IMG/VR virus record: IMGVR_UViG_3300020280_000007
Location: 1 to 39,059 of that record
Direction: 5' to 3' (one strand)
DNA: 39,059 nt
From: a virus
Taxonomy: Duplodnaviria > Caudoviricetes
Below the pieces are notes generated by a model that had not been told where the DNA came from, did no database searches, and was given only the letters and a program-made list of their open reading frames with translations. This document shows, piece by piece, positions 7,625 to 16,758 of this stretch. The translations under genes and the position numbers were made by a program. The stretch's first letter is position 1, and each line of letters opens with the position of its first letter.

Positions 7625-7978
7625 TTAATTGTTTAACAATACTGAATTGACAGTGCCGTCTGTATACACTAACACTGCTCTAACCCAGACAAAGTTTCCT
7701 GTAAAGTTAAAAACAAAAGAACCATCTTTTCCGGCAGTTGTACTATCATATAAAGCGCCAGCAATATTGAAAAAATCTGCATCTGCGGGTGTGGTTGCTA
7801 ATGTTCCTTGTATTTGTATTGTGCCAGCGACGCCATTCACATTCATCTGTACGGTGTGGAAACCGTCTGATCTGCCAAAATATCCGTCGCCTTTGAACTT
7901 CTCACCAGTGACAGTGACACTCGTGCTATCACCTGGATGGCCCTGATTTGACATTATTGTTGTGCTTGTTGCTGGCAT
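7625..7978 (-). CDS. Small beta-rich probable virion protein (117 aa)
   Basis: KGDGYFGRSDGFHTVQ and NFTGNFVWVRA motifs; CTAAATA 7 nt upstream. Confidence 0.7.
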   Translation of the reverse strand: MPATSTTIMSNQGHPGDSTSVTVTGEKFKGDGYFGRSDGFHTVQMNVNGVAGTIQIQGTLATTPADADFFNIAGALYDSTTAGKDGSFVFNFTGNFVWVRAVLVYTDGTVNSVLLNN

Positions 7979-8013
7979 ATGCTTATATTTAGCCTATATG
8001 CCGTCTTGTGGTG

Positions 8014-10257
8014 CTAGGCTTGTTTTTCTAAAAGTTTGATGTTATCGGGTATATCAAGCACTAAACCTTTGTCATTTGCGGTTACTTTGACCTCACCACC
8101 CTGCTTTAATTTACCGAATAACAGTTCTTTACTCAAAGGTTGCTTAATCTTGTCATCTATTAACCTTTGCATAGGTCTTGCTCCCATCTTGCTGTCATAT
8201 CCATTGTCCACAAGATAGTCTATTGCTTCGTTTGTAAGTTCTAATTTAACACTTTTTTCTTTAAGCATATTCTTCAGTTCTAGCATAAATTTGCCTACAA
8301 TCTTTATCAACACTTCTTTAGATAATTTAGCAAATACAACAGTCGCATCAAGCCTATTTCTAAATTCCGGAGCAAAGAAACGTTTCATATCTTTGTCATC
8401 ATATTCAGTATCTTTAGTTTGATTGAAACCCATAGCATTTTTCTCTAATTGATCAGCGCCTAAGTTAGTTGTAAGTATTAATACAATATTTTTACAATTT
8501 GCAGATTTTCCATTGTTTCCTTGTATTGTACCTTCGTCCATTATTTGTAACAATATTTGAGAAACATCAGGGTGTGCTTTTTCGACTTCATCTAGCAACA
8601 ATACACAATTTTGATGTTCTTGCAATTTTGTAATTAACAATCCTGTATTTTCTTCAAAACCAACATACCCTGGTGGTGAACCAATTAATTTACTTACAGA
8701 ATGTTTTTCTTGATATTCTGACATATCAAATCTTACTAATTGAACTCCAAGTTGTTCTGCCAATTGTTTTGCTGTCTCTGTTTTACCACAACCAGTCGGT
8801 CCCATAAACACAAATGATCCAATAGGTTTGTTGTCTCTTTTTAATCCTGCCTGTGCAACAAGTATTTTGTCTACGACTGTGCTGATTGCTTTTTCCTGTC
8901 CAAATACAGTGGCATTCATATTTTTAGATAAGTTAGCAAGATTGCTAGATTCTTTTTCAGCAATATTTTCTACAGGCATCTTAACTTGTTTAGATAATTC
9001 AAATTGTATTTCGTCTGCTCCTATTACCCTGTCTGCGTCTGCTTTTAGATTAAATCTACTACAAGCCAAATCTATCAAGTCAATTGCTTTGTCAGGCAAT
9101 TTTTTATCAGTTTGATATTTTACACTTAATTTTACAGCAGATTCTATTGCTTCATCTAATATTGTTGCTTTATGAAACTCTTCGTAATATTTTTTAAGTC
9201 CATGTAGGATTTCTAGTGTAGTATTCTTGTCTGGTTCGTCTATGCTAATTCTAGCAAAACGTCTCATCAATGCTCTATCTTTTTCAAAATATTTTCTATA
9301 TTCTTCCCATGTTGTACTTGCAACAACTTTTAAATCACCTTTCGTTAATACAGGCTTCAATAAGTTTGCTAGGTCGTTGCTGTTTTGTCCACCACCAGCA
9401 CCAGCACCACTTATATTGTGTGCTTCATCTATGAAACAAATTGTTTTGCCTTTCTTTTTCAATCCATTTAGGACCATTTTAAATCTTTCTTCGAAATCAC
9501 CTCTGTATTTAGAACCTGCCAACATCGCTCCAATATCTAAATTATAAACTTCATAGCCAGTTAAAAATTCAGGACAAGTTCCATTTACAATATTAAAAGC
9601 AAGTCCTTCGGCTATTGCAGTTTTACCGACTCCAGGATCACCAACTAAAATTACATTGTTTTTAGTTCTACGTCCTAAAGATAAAGCAATCTGATTCAAC
9701 TCTTCAATTCTGCCTATTACAGGATCTATTTTTTTCTTCTTAACTTCATTGTTTAAGTTAGACGTGTATTTGCTTAAAGCACGTTTTGTTTCACTTAAAT
9801 CTACCTCGTCTTCATAGAGTTCTTCCATTTCGCTGTGTAGGAAATCCTGAAACTTGTCTTTATCAATCTGGGCCTCCATGATATAATAGTATGCCCAACT
9901 TTTTGTTTCGGACAATAAACTCATGAATACATCTGTTAAGTCAATATTTGTTCTGCCGCTGAATAAAACTTGAGTAAATGCTCTATTCAATACTCTTTCA
10001 ACACTTACAGTCTTTTTAGGTTTATATTTTGCTGTAGACATTTTAATTTTATCTAATTTTGTATCGAGATATGTTTTCAAATGATTTTTCATATCTTCAG
10101 GATCAGCACCATATTCTTTTACAATGCCGTTGAACTTTTTATCTTCAAGCATAGAGAATAGTAAATGCTCAAGAGTCACGTATTCGTGTCTCCACGATTT
10201 AGCACTACCTACTGCTCTATCGAATACTGCCTGCAAATCACCACTTGGTTCAACCAT
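8014..10257 (-). CDS. clpA: ATP-dependent Clp protease ATPase subunit ClpA
   Basis: Clp-N domain (HEYVTLEHLL); two AAA+ modules (GDPGVGKT/FIDE and GPTGCGKT/LLDEVEKAH); RFDMSEY; GSPPGYVG; no M-domain; MGF at the IGF-loop position. Confidence 0.93.
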   Translation of the reverse strand: MVEPSGDLQAVFDRAVGSAKSWRHEYVTLEHLLFSMLEDKKFNGIVKEYGADPEDMKNHLKTYLDTKLDKIKMSTAKYKPKKTVSVERVLNRAFTQVLFSGRTNIDLTDVFMSLLSETKSWAYYYIMEAQIDKDKFQDFLHSEMEELYEDEVDLSETKRALSKYTSNLNNEVKKKKIDPVIGRIEELNQIALSLGRRTKNNVILVGDPGVGKTAIAEGLAFNIVNGTCPEFLTGYEVYNLDIGAMLAGSKYRGDFEERFKMVLNGLKKKGKTICFIDEAHNISGAGAGGGQNSNDLANLLKPVLTKGDLKVVASTTWEEYRKYFEKDRALMRRFARISIDEPDKNTTLEILHGLKKYYEEFHKATILDEAIESAVKLSVKYQTDKKLPDKAIDLIDLACSRFNLKADADRVIGADEIQFELSKQVKMPVENIAEKESSNLANLSKNMNATVFGQEKAISTVVDKILVAQAGLKRDNKPIGSFVFMGPTGCGKTETAKQLAEQLGVQLVRFDMSEYQEKHSVSKLIGSPPGYVGFEENTGLLITKLQEHQNCVLLLDEVEKAHPDVSQILLQIMDEGTIQGNNGKSANCKNIVLILTTNLGADQLEKNAMGFNQTKDTEYDDKDMKRFFAPEFRNRLDATVVFAKLSKEVLIKIVGKFMLELKNMLKEKSVKLELTNEAIDYLVDNGYDSKMGARPMQRLIDDKIKQPLSKELLFGKLKQGGEVKVTANDKGLVLDIPDNIKLLEKQA

Positions 10258-10738
10258 ATAATCCTTTTAATAATTTCTCTTGTTTCTTCTTTGCCATTTC
10301 CAAACGTAATTTTGAAACTCTTTGATCAAAGGTAATACCTTGGAGATGGTCGAATTCATGTAAAAATACTCTTGCATGGAATCCTTCTAACTTTATTATA
10401 CATTCTTTTTGCTTTGTGTCAAGATATTGGACACTCACAACCGATGGTCTTTTTACCTTCATGTAAAGACCAGGAAAACTTAAACAACCTTCTTCCATTT
10501 CTACTTTTTCTGTGCCAACTTCGGTAACCATAGGATTTATTACTGTGATTGGATTTTCTTCACCCATTACAAATATCTGTGCATCTAGGCCCACTTGATT
10601 AGATGCTAGTCCAACACCTTTATACTTTAACATCATTTCAATCATTTCTTTGGATATTTTGTCTGCGTCCATAGTGTCAAAGTCAAATGGAGCCACTTGC
10701 TTTTCTAAAAATTCATTTGGTGCTTTAATCAGTTCCAT
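10250..10738 (-). CDS. def: Peptide deformylase
   Basis: GVGLASNQVG, EGCLS and HEFDH motifs. Confidence 0.95.
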   Translation of the reverse strand: MELIKAPNEFLEKQVAPFDFDTMDADKISKEMIEMMLKYKGVGLASNQVGLDAQIFVMGEENPITVINPMVTEVGTEKVEMEEGCLSFPGLYMKVKRPSVVSVQYLDTKQKECIIKLEGFHARVFLHEFDHLQGITFDQRVSKLRLEMAKKKQEKLLKGLYG

Positions 10739-11570
10739 TTCTTATTCCTTTTATTTTCTGTAAAGTGTGTTGATCTGTTATATTTGGAATGTCTGCTTGA
10801 ATAGTAAGATATATGTTTCCTCTCCTACCACCTCTTGCAGGCAGTCCTTGTTCAGTAATACTTAACACCGTTCCTGGTTGTGTTGCCTTAGGTATTGATA
10901 TTGATAGTTTCTTCCCATCAAGAGTAGTGATCTCTTTTTTGGTTCCTAGCATTAAATCAAACACATTCACTTTTTCTATTGTGTGTAAATTTGCACCATC
11001 TCTGTTCCATTTGTTGTGTCTTTTAATTCTTACTCTCACAAGCAGGTCTCCTCTTGGAGCATTAGAATGATAATCATCTCCTAGACTAGGAAATTTAATT
11101 GTTGTATTATTATCTACACCTGCAGGTAAATTTATGTTTACACTTTGTTCTTTTCCATTGGTTAATCTATAAGTGGCAATCATTTCCTTGCCTTTTAAAA
11201 CATCTTCTAAAGATATTTCAGTTTGTATGATAATATCTCTATTTTTCCTAAATGGTTGTCTTTGTCCAAATGGTGATCTGCCTCCGCCAAAGAATTGATT
11301 GAATACGTCGCTTATGTCGTCTGGAAAACTATCAGTCCTGAACTCCCAACTTCTATTTCCTCCCTGTTGCGGATTTGCAGTACCAAACATATCGTATTGG
11401 TTTTTCTTTTGTGCATTGCCTAATACTTCGTATGCTTCGTTTAATTGTTGAAATTGCTTTGGGTCACCACCTTTATCAGGATGATGTTTCATGGCTTGTT
11501 TCTTAAATGCACGTTTGATATCACTCTGTGATGCATTGCGATTCACACCTAAGGTTTTATAATAATCCAT
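10725..11570 (-). CDS. dnaJ: DnaJ/CbpA-type class B J-domain co-chaperone (start corrected to 11570)
   Basis: MDYYKTLGV, HPD motif, G/F region and C-terminal domain without a Zn finger. The track's longer start runs through the promoter. Confidence 0.9.
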   Translation of the reverse strand: MDYYKTLGVNRNASQSDIKRAFKKQAMKHHPDKGGDPKQFQQLNEAYEVLGNAQKKNQYDMFGTANPQQGGNRSWEFRTDSFPDDISDVFNQFFGGGRSPFGQRQPFRKNRDIIIQTEISLEDVLKGKEMIATYRLTNGKEQSVNINLPAGVDNNTTIKFPSLGDDYHSNAPRGDLLVRVRIKRHNKWNRDGANLHTIEKVNVFDLMLGTKKEITTLDGKKLSISIPKATQPGTVLSITEQGLPARGGRRGNIYLTIQADIPNITDQHTLQKIKGIRNGTD

Positions 11571-11576
11571 ATCTAT

Positions 11577-11606
11577 ATTATATAATGACTTATACCAAAA
11601 AGTCAA
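11577..11606 (-). promoter_or_regulatory. sigma70-like promoter, leaderless dnaJ-def-clpA transcript
   Basis: TTGACT-N18-TATAAT-N6-ATG(11570); no SD. Confidence 0.65.
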
Positions 11607-11639
11607 GTCCTATGTAGTATTTAATATTTTGGATTGTCC

Positions 11640-11984
11640 TTATTTTTTACCGTTAGGCAAATTGGCACCAGGCTTACCAACATATAATCCAAAGAATGCC
11701 GCACCGGCACCTACTATTGTTGATATAAACATTGCCTGAGCATTTGATGGATCAGTCAATGTCATAAACCATGTGATTGACTTGTAGAAGGCATAGATGT
11801 AAGCCAACATTATAAGTCTAGGAATTAATCTAAATTTGTCTAATATACCTGCGGTTTTATTGTACCATGTTGGTGCATCGTCTCCTGTTTTTGGCACAAG
11901 GTCCTCTTTTGGTACTTCATACTCTTTAGAAACTTCTTTTACCTTTACTTTTTGCACTAACATATCTTCTTTTAATTCAGCCAT
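11640..11984 (-). CDS. Two-TM membrane protein, holin candidate (114 aa)
   Basis: Two hydrophobic segments (RLIPRLIMLAYIYAFY and AMFISTIVGAGAAFFGLYV); last gene of the lysis-like block. Confidence 0.6.
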   Translation of the reverse strand: MAELKEDMLVQKVKVKEVSKEYEVPKEDLVPKTGDDAPTWYNKTAGILDKFRLIPRLIMLAYIYAFYKSITWFMTLTDPSNAQAMFISTIVGAGAAFFGLYVGKPGANLPNGKK

Positions 11985-12229
11985 TATTTTTTCTCCAATT
12001 TCTTAATACGTTTTTCCAGGTCAGCCATCTTTTTGCTTAATGCAGGAAAACGTTTCATCATTTTTTCTTCTTTGCCTAAAACTTCTAAATCATATCTTTT
12101 CGCCGCCCAGTTGTAACAGCAATCTACTTTTGCATAGAACCAAACACCCATCTTAGTTTTTCTGAACCAAGAATTTGTTGCTTGTCCTAAAATAGCACCA
12201 ACAATAGATTTAATTAAAAAGAACCACAT
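11984..12229 (-). CDS. Small membrane-associated/coiled-coil protein (81 aa)
   Basis: Hydrophobic N-terminus, coiled-coil C-terminus; TAATG coupling. Confidence 0.7.
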   Translation of the reverse strand: MWFFLIKSIVGAILGQATNSWFRKTKMGVWFYAKVDCCYNWAAKRYDLEVLGKEEKMMKRFPALSKKMADLEKRIKKLEKK

Positions 12230-12714
12230 TAGATGTTATCCTTGTTAGGCACTATTGAACCATTTCCAAATAGATCAACGGCTTTCCATGCGGAATATTT
12301 TTTCCATTCTGCTACTGGTGGTTGTGCGTCATTCATTGCAAGAAGAAATACTTTGTCGCTTATCACTTTTGCCTTTGCTACTAAATCTTTGTCTTCTTTC
12401 TTTTTCATTTTCCATCTATACTGTCTAATTGTTTTGTATAGTAAGTCATGTATGATAGCCGCTCTTGCCACGTCCCATGGAGCAATCAAGGCCCATGCCG
12501 CTCTTGGAACAGATGCTAAATCAGTTTCAAATCCTTTAGGCACAACAATACTTTCAGTTTTGTTTGTGTCTCTTTGTACTTTAACACCTACACCTTTAAG
12601 TGCTTTGATTTCATCTGCTGTGATATCTTTTGTCGTGTATGTAAGGTCTCTACCCAGTTTCCATTTTCTAGGTGGCCAAAATTCTGTCATCAATCTATCG
12701 TTAAACTTTCCCAT
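12229..12714 (-). CDS. DUF1353-family protein
   Basis: VPKGFETDLASVP, AAIIHDLLY and AVDLFG motifs. Confidence 0.85.
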   Translation of the reverse strand: MGKFNDRLMTEFWPPRKWKLGRDLTYTTKDITADEIKALKGVGVKVQRDTNKTESIVVPKGFETDLASVPRAAWALIAPWDVARAAIIHDLLYKTIRQYRWKMKKKEDKDLVAKAKVISDKVFLLAMNDAQPPVAEWKKYSAWKAVDLFGNGSIVPNKDNI

Positions 12715-13079
12715 TATTCTTCCTTGTCTTTTTTAGTTTCTTCTTCGTAGTACTCTTTGTACTTATCTAGGATTGAATTTGTTTCTGCCAACTTCGCTCT
12801 GATTTGTGCGAAGTTCCTTGCTATGACCTGATAGTCTTTATCAGTCAAACCAAACAACACAGGATCTATACCTTCTTTTTCTAGTTTGGCAAATACTTCT
12901 TCTGCATTTTCAGACGTGATGATTATCCAACGTATTTTTTCCATTGTCAATGGAGTTGGCATATCAATATCTAGTTTTGCTCTTGGCTCTTCCAAAGTGA
13001 ATACCTTAAGTTTCTTTTCACCTATTGAACAACCTGTTAGTAATAATCCTAGTATTATAATTGCAAATATTTTATTCAT
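12714..13079 (-). CDS. Lipoprotein, o-spanin (Rz1-like) candidate (start corrected to 13079)
   Basis: MNKIFAIIILGLLLTGC signal peptide with lipobox; overlaps the end of the i-spanin candidate. Confidence 0.75.
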   Translation of the reverse strand: MNKIFAIIILGLLLTGCSIGEKKLKVFTLEEPRAKLDIDMPTPLTMEKIRWIIITSENAEEVFAKLEKEGIDPVLFGLTDKDYQVIARNFAQIRAKLAETNSILDKYKEYYEEETKKDKEE

Positions 13080-13551
13080 TGTGTGGTACGTAGTTTGGAT
13101 TTGCAATTGAAGGACACTCTGTATTGATCTGACTCTTCAATGTTGCATTGATCTCTTCTTCTGTTAATGGTGAACCAGAAGCAATTTCTATACATCTTGC
13201 CGCTTTATCACTTGCTGAGTTAATAATTCTTTCTATGGCTTTGCTTCTTTCAATCGCTAATTTGCCAATGTCTCTATTCTTTTTTGTAAATCGTTTGTCT
13301 AAGTCTTGTAAATCTTTCTTAAGATTGTTGATCAAAACACCTAGTTCTTTGTTTGCTTTCATGATCGCTTGAAAGTCTTCTTTTTGTTTTGCAATCACTT
13401 GCTTTTGTGATTCAACACTTGCTTCTAATTTAAGTTGATTTGCTTTCAGTATTGCATTGTCCGAACGTAATTTATTCACATAGATGACTCCTCCGGCAAG
13501 ACCGGCTACAATCACCACTGTCATTATCATTCTTAACTGACCAAATATCAT
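13072..13551 (-). CDS. i-spanin (Rz-like) candidate (start corrected to 13551)
   Basis: N-terminal TM helix, long coiled coil, two C-terminal Cys; ATGA overlap with the upstream small ORF. Confidence 0.75.
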   Translation of the reverse strand: MIFGQLRMIMTVVIVAGLAGGVIYVNKLRSDNAILKANQLKLEASVESQKQVIAKQKEDFQAIMKANKELGVLINNLKKDLQDLDKRFTKKNRDIGKLAIERSKAIERIINSASDKAARCIEIASGSPLTEEEINATLKSQINTECPSIANPNYVPHNE

Positions 13552-13709
13552 TCCAAATCCTCTGCTGTGCCACATCTACAGTGATAGCACACAATTATTT
13601 CATATTCTTTTGAACCTTCAGAAGCATAACCTTTTTCAGTTCGCTTAAGAATTTCACCGCAATGAGTGTCATTGCCACAGTTCAAACAATATTCTTTTTT
13701 CTCGCTCAT
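13548..13709 (-). CDS. Small Cys/His putative Zn-binding protein (53 aa)
   Basis: Not in track. MSEKKEYCLNCGNDTHCGEILKRTEKGYASEGSKEYEIIVCYHCRCGTAEDLE; ATAAATA at 13729-13723. Confidence 0.75.
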   Translation of the reverse strand: MSEKKEYCLNCGNDTHCGEILKRTEKGYASEGSKEYEIIVCYHCRCGTAEDLE

Positions 13710-13721
13710 CTTTATATGCTA

Positions 13722-14237
13722 CTATTTATCACGTTCAAATGCAATATTACCACTTATCACCAAACGTGTGTCTTCCTTGTTTGGCATTGCTTCATGAGGC
13801 ATGGCACCTGGGAACAGCACACATCTACCTTTCTTAGGTTTTATTTTGTAGTGATTGTGATCCACGTAGGGATATCCATAGTTGTAAAAGACAGTTTCCG
13901 CTGAATCGTCATTGCATTCAACATAATACACAAACGACCAGTCATTTTCTAATGGCCCGTGTACGTGCAATCTATGTGAGTGCCCTTCGTTGTATTGTTG
14001 GATCCAGATGTGCTTCAATCTAAATCCTGTGTATCCATGTAATATGCCAGCCTCTTTCCAGAAACCTCTAACAACAGGCACCAAAAGTTTTGCTAGTTCT
14101 TCTTGATTTTCTTCAAAGAAAGATGTGTTATGTTCTTTAACATCTTTTAGATTTACTTCTTTACAATATTTTTCTAATTCAGCACTTGGTTTTAAATCGT
14201 CGTAATGAAATGCTGTCGTGAATTGATGTGTTTTCAT
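13722..14237 (-). CDS. Putative 2OG-Fe(II) oxygenase (cupin/DSBH fold)
   Basis: WIQQY..HRLHVH, SFVYY, VLFPGAMPH and RLVISGN pattern. Confidence 0.8.
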   Translation of the reverse strand: MKTHQFTTAFHYDDLKPSAELEKYCKEVNLKDVKEHNTSFFEENQEELAKLLVPVVRGFWKEAGILHGYTGFRLKHIWIQQYNEGHSHRLHVHGPLENDWSFVYYVECNDDSAETVFYNYGYPYVDHNHYKIKPKKGRCVLFPGAMPHEAMPNKEDTRLVISGNIAFERDK

Positions 14238-14695
14238 TCTATCAAACCAGGCTTGTATACTGTCTTTCCGTTTTCTTTCATTGCTGTCAGTATAGATTTT
14301 CTATTACCTTCTGACTTGTATGAAACGTGTACCCAACCTGAATCTGGTATGCCTGGAGTGTAAAATTCTAATATTAGTTGATCGAAATCTAAATTTTGTT
14401 CTATCCAACTTGCTACCGCATAATTGCTTGTACCCGGACATTCTATATCTACCGCCTCACCTTTGCAGTGTTGCGACTTGGAAGATCCACCAACTGCCTC
14501 ATTAAGTTTAGGTCCTCTGTATCCTGAATTTATCACAGTGACTCCGAAATTATCTCTAACAGGTTGCACTACATTTTCAAACAATGATTTTGCACTTGTG
14601 AGATGTTCTTCACCGGGAGTGTTATCAATGCCATGACGCAAGGCAGTTTGACTTTTTGTAAATTCTTGTAGTGTAAAGTTTTTAGATAATCTCAT
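14234..14695 (-). CDS. Peptidase M15A (Zn peptidase), endolysin candidate (start corrected to 14695)
   Basis: MRLSKNFTLQEF, SGYR..LN.AVGG, SQHCKGEAVD and WVHVS motifs. Confidence 0.9.
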   Translation of the reverse strand: MRLSKNFTLQEFTKSQTALRHGIDNTPGEEHLTSAKSLFENVVQPVRDNFGVTVINSGYRGPKLNEAVGGSSKSQHCKGEAVDIECPGTSNYAVASWIEQNLDFDQLILEFYTPGIPDSGWVHVSYKSEGNRKSILTAMKENGKTVYKPGLIE

Positions 14696-15404
14696 GTCTC
14701 TTAAGTACCACGCAGTGACCCTTATTTTCAAATACCAATTTGTCTCCAAATTTGGTAATGTTGTAGTCACCAACATACTTACTTAAGAAAATTATTTCTG
14801 GAAATGCTTCAATCTGAATTGATTCTTTAATGCTCTCTAATACTTCTTTTTTCCAACCCATGTCTATAAATTTAAAAACAAGATTGTCACCGTATTTTTT
14901 ATGCATATGAACATTGTCACCTTCCATAAAAACTTCGTCTGCGTAACTGTCAGAGAAGAAATTTTTATAGTTTTCCATTTTAGTTTCATTTCTCTTAATG
15001 TCATATGCTCCGGAATCTAAAGGCACTTGTTCATTAATGTTTGATTCATCTGCTGGAATACTTCTAAAATTTTTGTAATATCTAAATCTTAGGTCAGGCA
15101 TATTTGTTAATTTTTTTATGCCGTCTAATATTTCTATGATTTGATTTGGTACGTGTCTATTTCTTTCTAATTCTACAAATACTCTGTATTTTTTATCTGC
15201 TTGTTCGCCGCTTGTTTTATCAGCATCAAGCACAAAGTTATATCCTGTTTCAACAAAGTTTACTAAATCTTTTGCAGGTTGTTCACCATTTACACTAAAA
15301 CTTAATACAACTATATCTTGATCGTCTCCCATTTTAGATTTGTATGAATCTATTTCAAAGATTGGATCAACTGTGAATTCTAAATCGTGCTGTCTTAGTC
15401 CCAT
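14682..15404 (-). CDS. Conserved phage hypothetical protein (240 aa)
   Basis: Long ORF coupled to its neighbours; IDSYKSKMG, FVETGY.FVLDAD and VFVELER motifs; function unknown. Confidence 0.75.
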   Translation of the reverse strand: MGLRQHDLEFTVDPIFEIDSYKSKMGDDQDIVVLSFSVNGEQPAKDLVNFVETGYNFVLDADKTSGEQADKKYRVFVELERNRHVPNQIIEILDGIKKLTNMPDLRFRYYKNFRSIPADESNINEQVPLDSGAYDIKRNETKMENYKNFFSDSYADEVFMEGDNVHMHKKYGDNLVFKFIDMGWKKEVLESIKESIQIEAFPEIIFLSKYVGDYNITKFGDKLVFENKGHCVVLKRHEII

Positions 15405-15919
15405 TATAAACCTTCTTCTGGAGATATTGTGTCTGCTTTTTCAACTGGAGTAGAACCATCAACAACTTCGGAATTAGCAGGATCAACATTAAATTTTTGT
15501 TCTGCTTCATAGCCACTATAGATTGTTCTAATTAATTCTTTCGGCATTCTTATTTCAACTACCCAAATAGGCATTTGATCTAATTTACCTTTTTTAGTGC
15601 CTGGTCTAAAATCATCTTGTTGTAAAATTTTTCTTGGATAAATGTAAACATCTTTTTGATAGAATACTTTGCAACCGAAGTCAGTTAATCTTTTGCCACC
15701 CATTGGATCTGGCATTTTTTCTCTAGGCCACATAAATGAACAAGTAACAAAGTGTCTAGCCATCTTTGGGCCTGCAACTAATTCGCCCATTTCCCAGTTG
15801 TCATAGACGTATAAATCTAATTCATCAAGCACTCTTTCAAAGTCTTTCAACACTGTGAAAGCAGTGTCATTATCATAGACGTTTGATATAGTTGCTATAA
15901 TATCTTTAATATCTTGCAT
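15404..15919 (-). CDS. Conserved phage hypothetical protein (171 aa)
   Basis: DFERVLDELDLYVY.NW and MPDP.GG.RL motifs; ATAAATA at 15945-15939. Confidence 0.75.
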   Translation of the reverse strand: MQDIKDIIATISNVYDNDTAFTVLKDFERVLDELDLYVYDNWEMGELVAGPKMARHFVTCSFMWPREKMPDPMGGKRLTDFGCKVFYQKDVYIYPRKILQQDDFRPGTKKGKLDQMPIWVVEIRMPKELIRTIYSGYEAEQKFNVDPANSEVVDGSTPVEKADTISPEEGL

Positions 15920-16044
15920 ATGTGGGTACCTTTTTAAGTATTTATCAATAGGCCCTGACTTATATGAGCAGTTTTGTAAGCAGTTTAAACCATTAAATAA
16001 TTTTATGCAAATACTATTTTTGCTTCAAATAACAAGGAGTGCTA

Positions 16045-16758
16045 ATGGGTAAAAAATCATCCAAAAGGCACCAGAACAGGGCGAACGTATTGCCATTCAA
16101 ACAATATCTTCCACAAGTATCAAAACAGGTTAACATTGTTCCTAAGAACGTGAATCAAGAGTCATACCTGTTAAAACTACTAGATCCTGCTAAAGACATC
16201 ATCTTTGGTATAGGGCCTGCTGGTACTGGGAAGACTTTACTTGCTGTTCAGGTAGCCGTTAAAATGTTCAAGGAAAAACAAGTCAATAAGATAGTTGTAA
16301 CTCGTCCGGTAGTTAGTGTGGATGAGGATATAGGATTTCTTCCGGGTAGTTTGGAAGAGAAAATGGCGCCATGGACCATCCCTATATTTGATGTATTCAA
16401 GTTATACTTCACAACACATGATATAAGAAATATGCTTTACGAAGGTATTATCGAGATATCACCTTTGGCTTATATGAGGGGCAGAACTTTTCATAATAGT
16501 TACATAGTGGCAGATGAAATGCAAAACGCCTCAGTGAATCAAATGAAAATGTTGTTGACTAGGATCGGCAAACATAGCAAACTAGCAGTTACTGGCGACC
16601 TACATCAAACTGATAGGCCTAGAGATAATGGGTTATCCGACTTTATTCATAAATTGAACGAAACGTCTAGCAAATATATTGACATTGTAAACTTTGTTAA
16701 AAAGGATGTGTTAAGAAATAAAGCAGTCCAAGAAGTGCTAGATATTTACGGTGATTGA
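16045..16758 (+). CDS. phoH: PhoH-family ATPase
   Basis: GPAGTGKT, IGFLPG, YMRGRTF, DEMQN, LLTRIG and GDLHQ motifs. AGGAG 5 nt before ATG 16045 favours this start over GTG 16039. Confidence 0.95.
   Translation: MGKKSSKRHQNRANVLPFKQYLPQVSKQVNIVPKNVNQESYLLKLLDPAKDIIFGIGPAGTGKTLLAVQVAVKMFKEKQVNKIVVTRPVVSVDEDIGFLPGSLEEKMAPWTIPIFDVFKLYFTTHDIRNMLYEGIIEISPLAYMRGRTFHNSYIVADEMQNASVNQMKMLLTRIGKHSKLAVTGDLHQTDRPRDNGLSDFIHKLNETSSKYIDIVNFVKKDVLRNKAVQEVLDIYGD

Noticed and set aside
7991-8020. AGCCTA...TAGGCT inverted repeat as a terminator after clpA
   Set aside because: Only 6-bp arms around an 18-nt loop, overlapping the clpA stop, with no good U-tract on the coding strand.
15920-16044. tRNA or structured ncRNA in intergenic gaps
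   Set aside because: No cloverleaf, T-loop or stable stems were recognised; most gaps proved to hold small ORFs or promoters.
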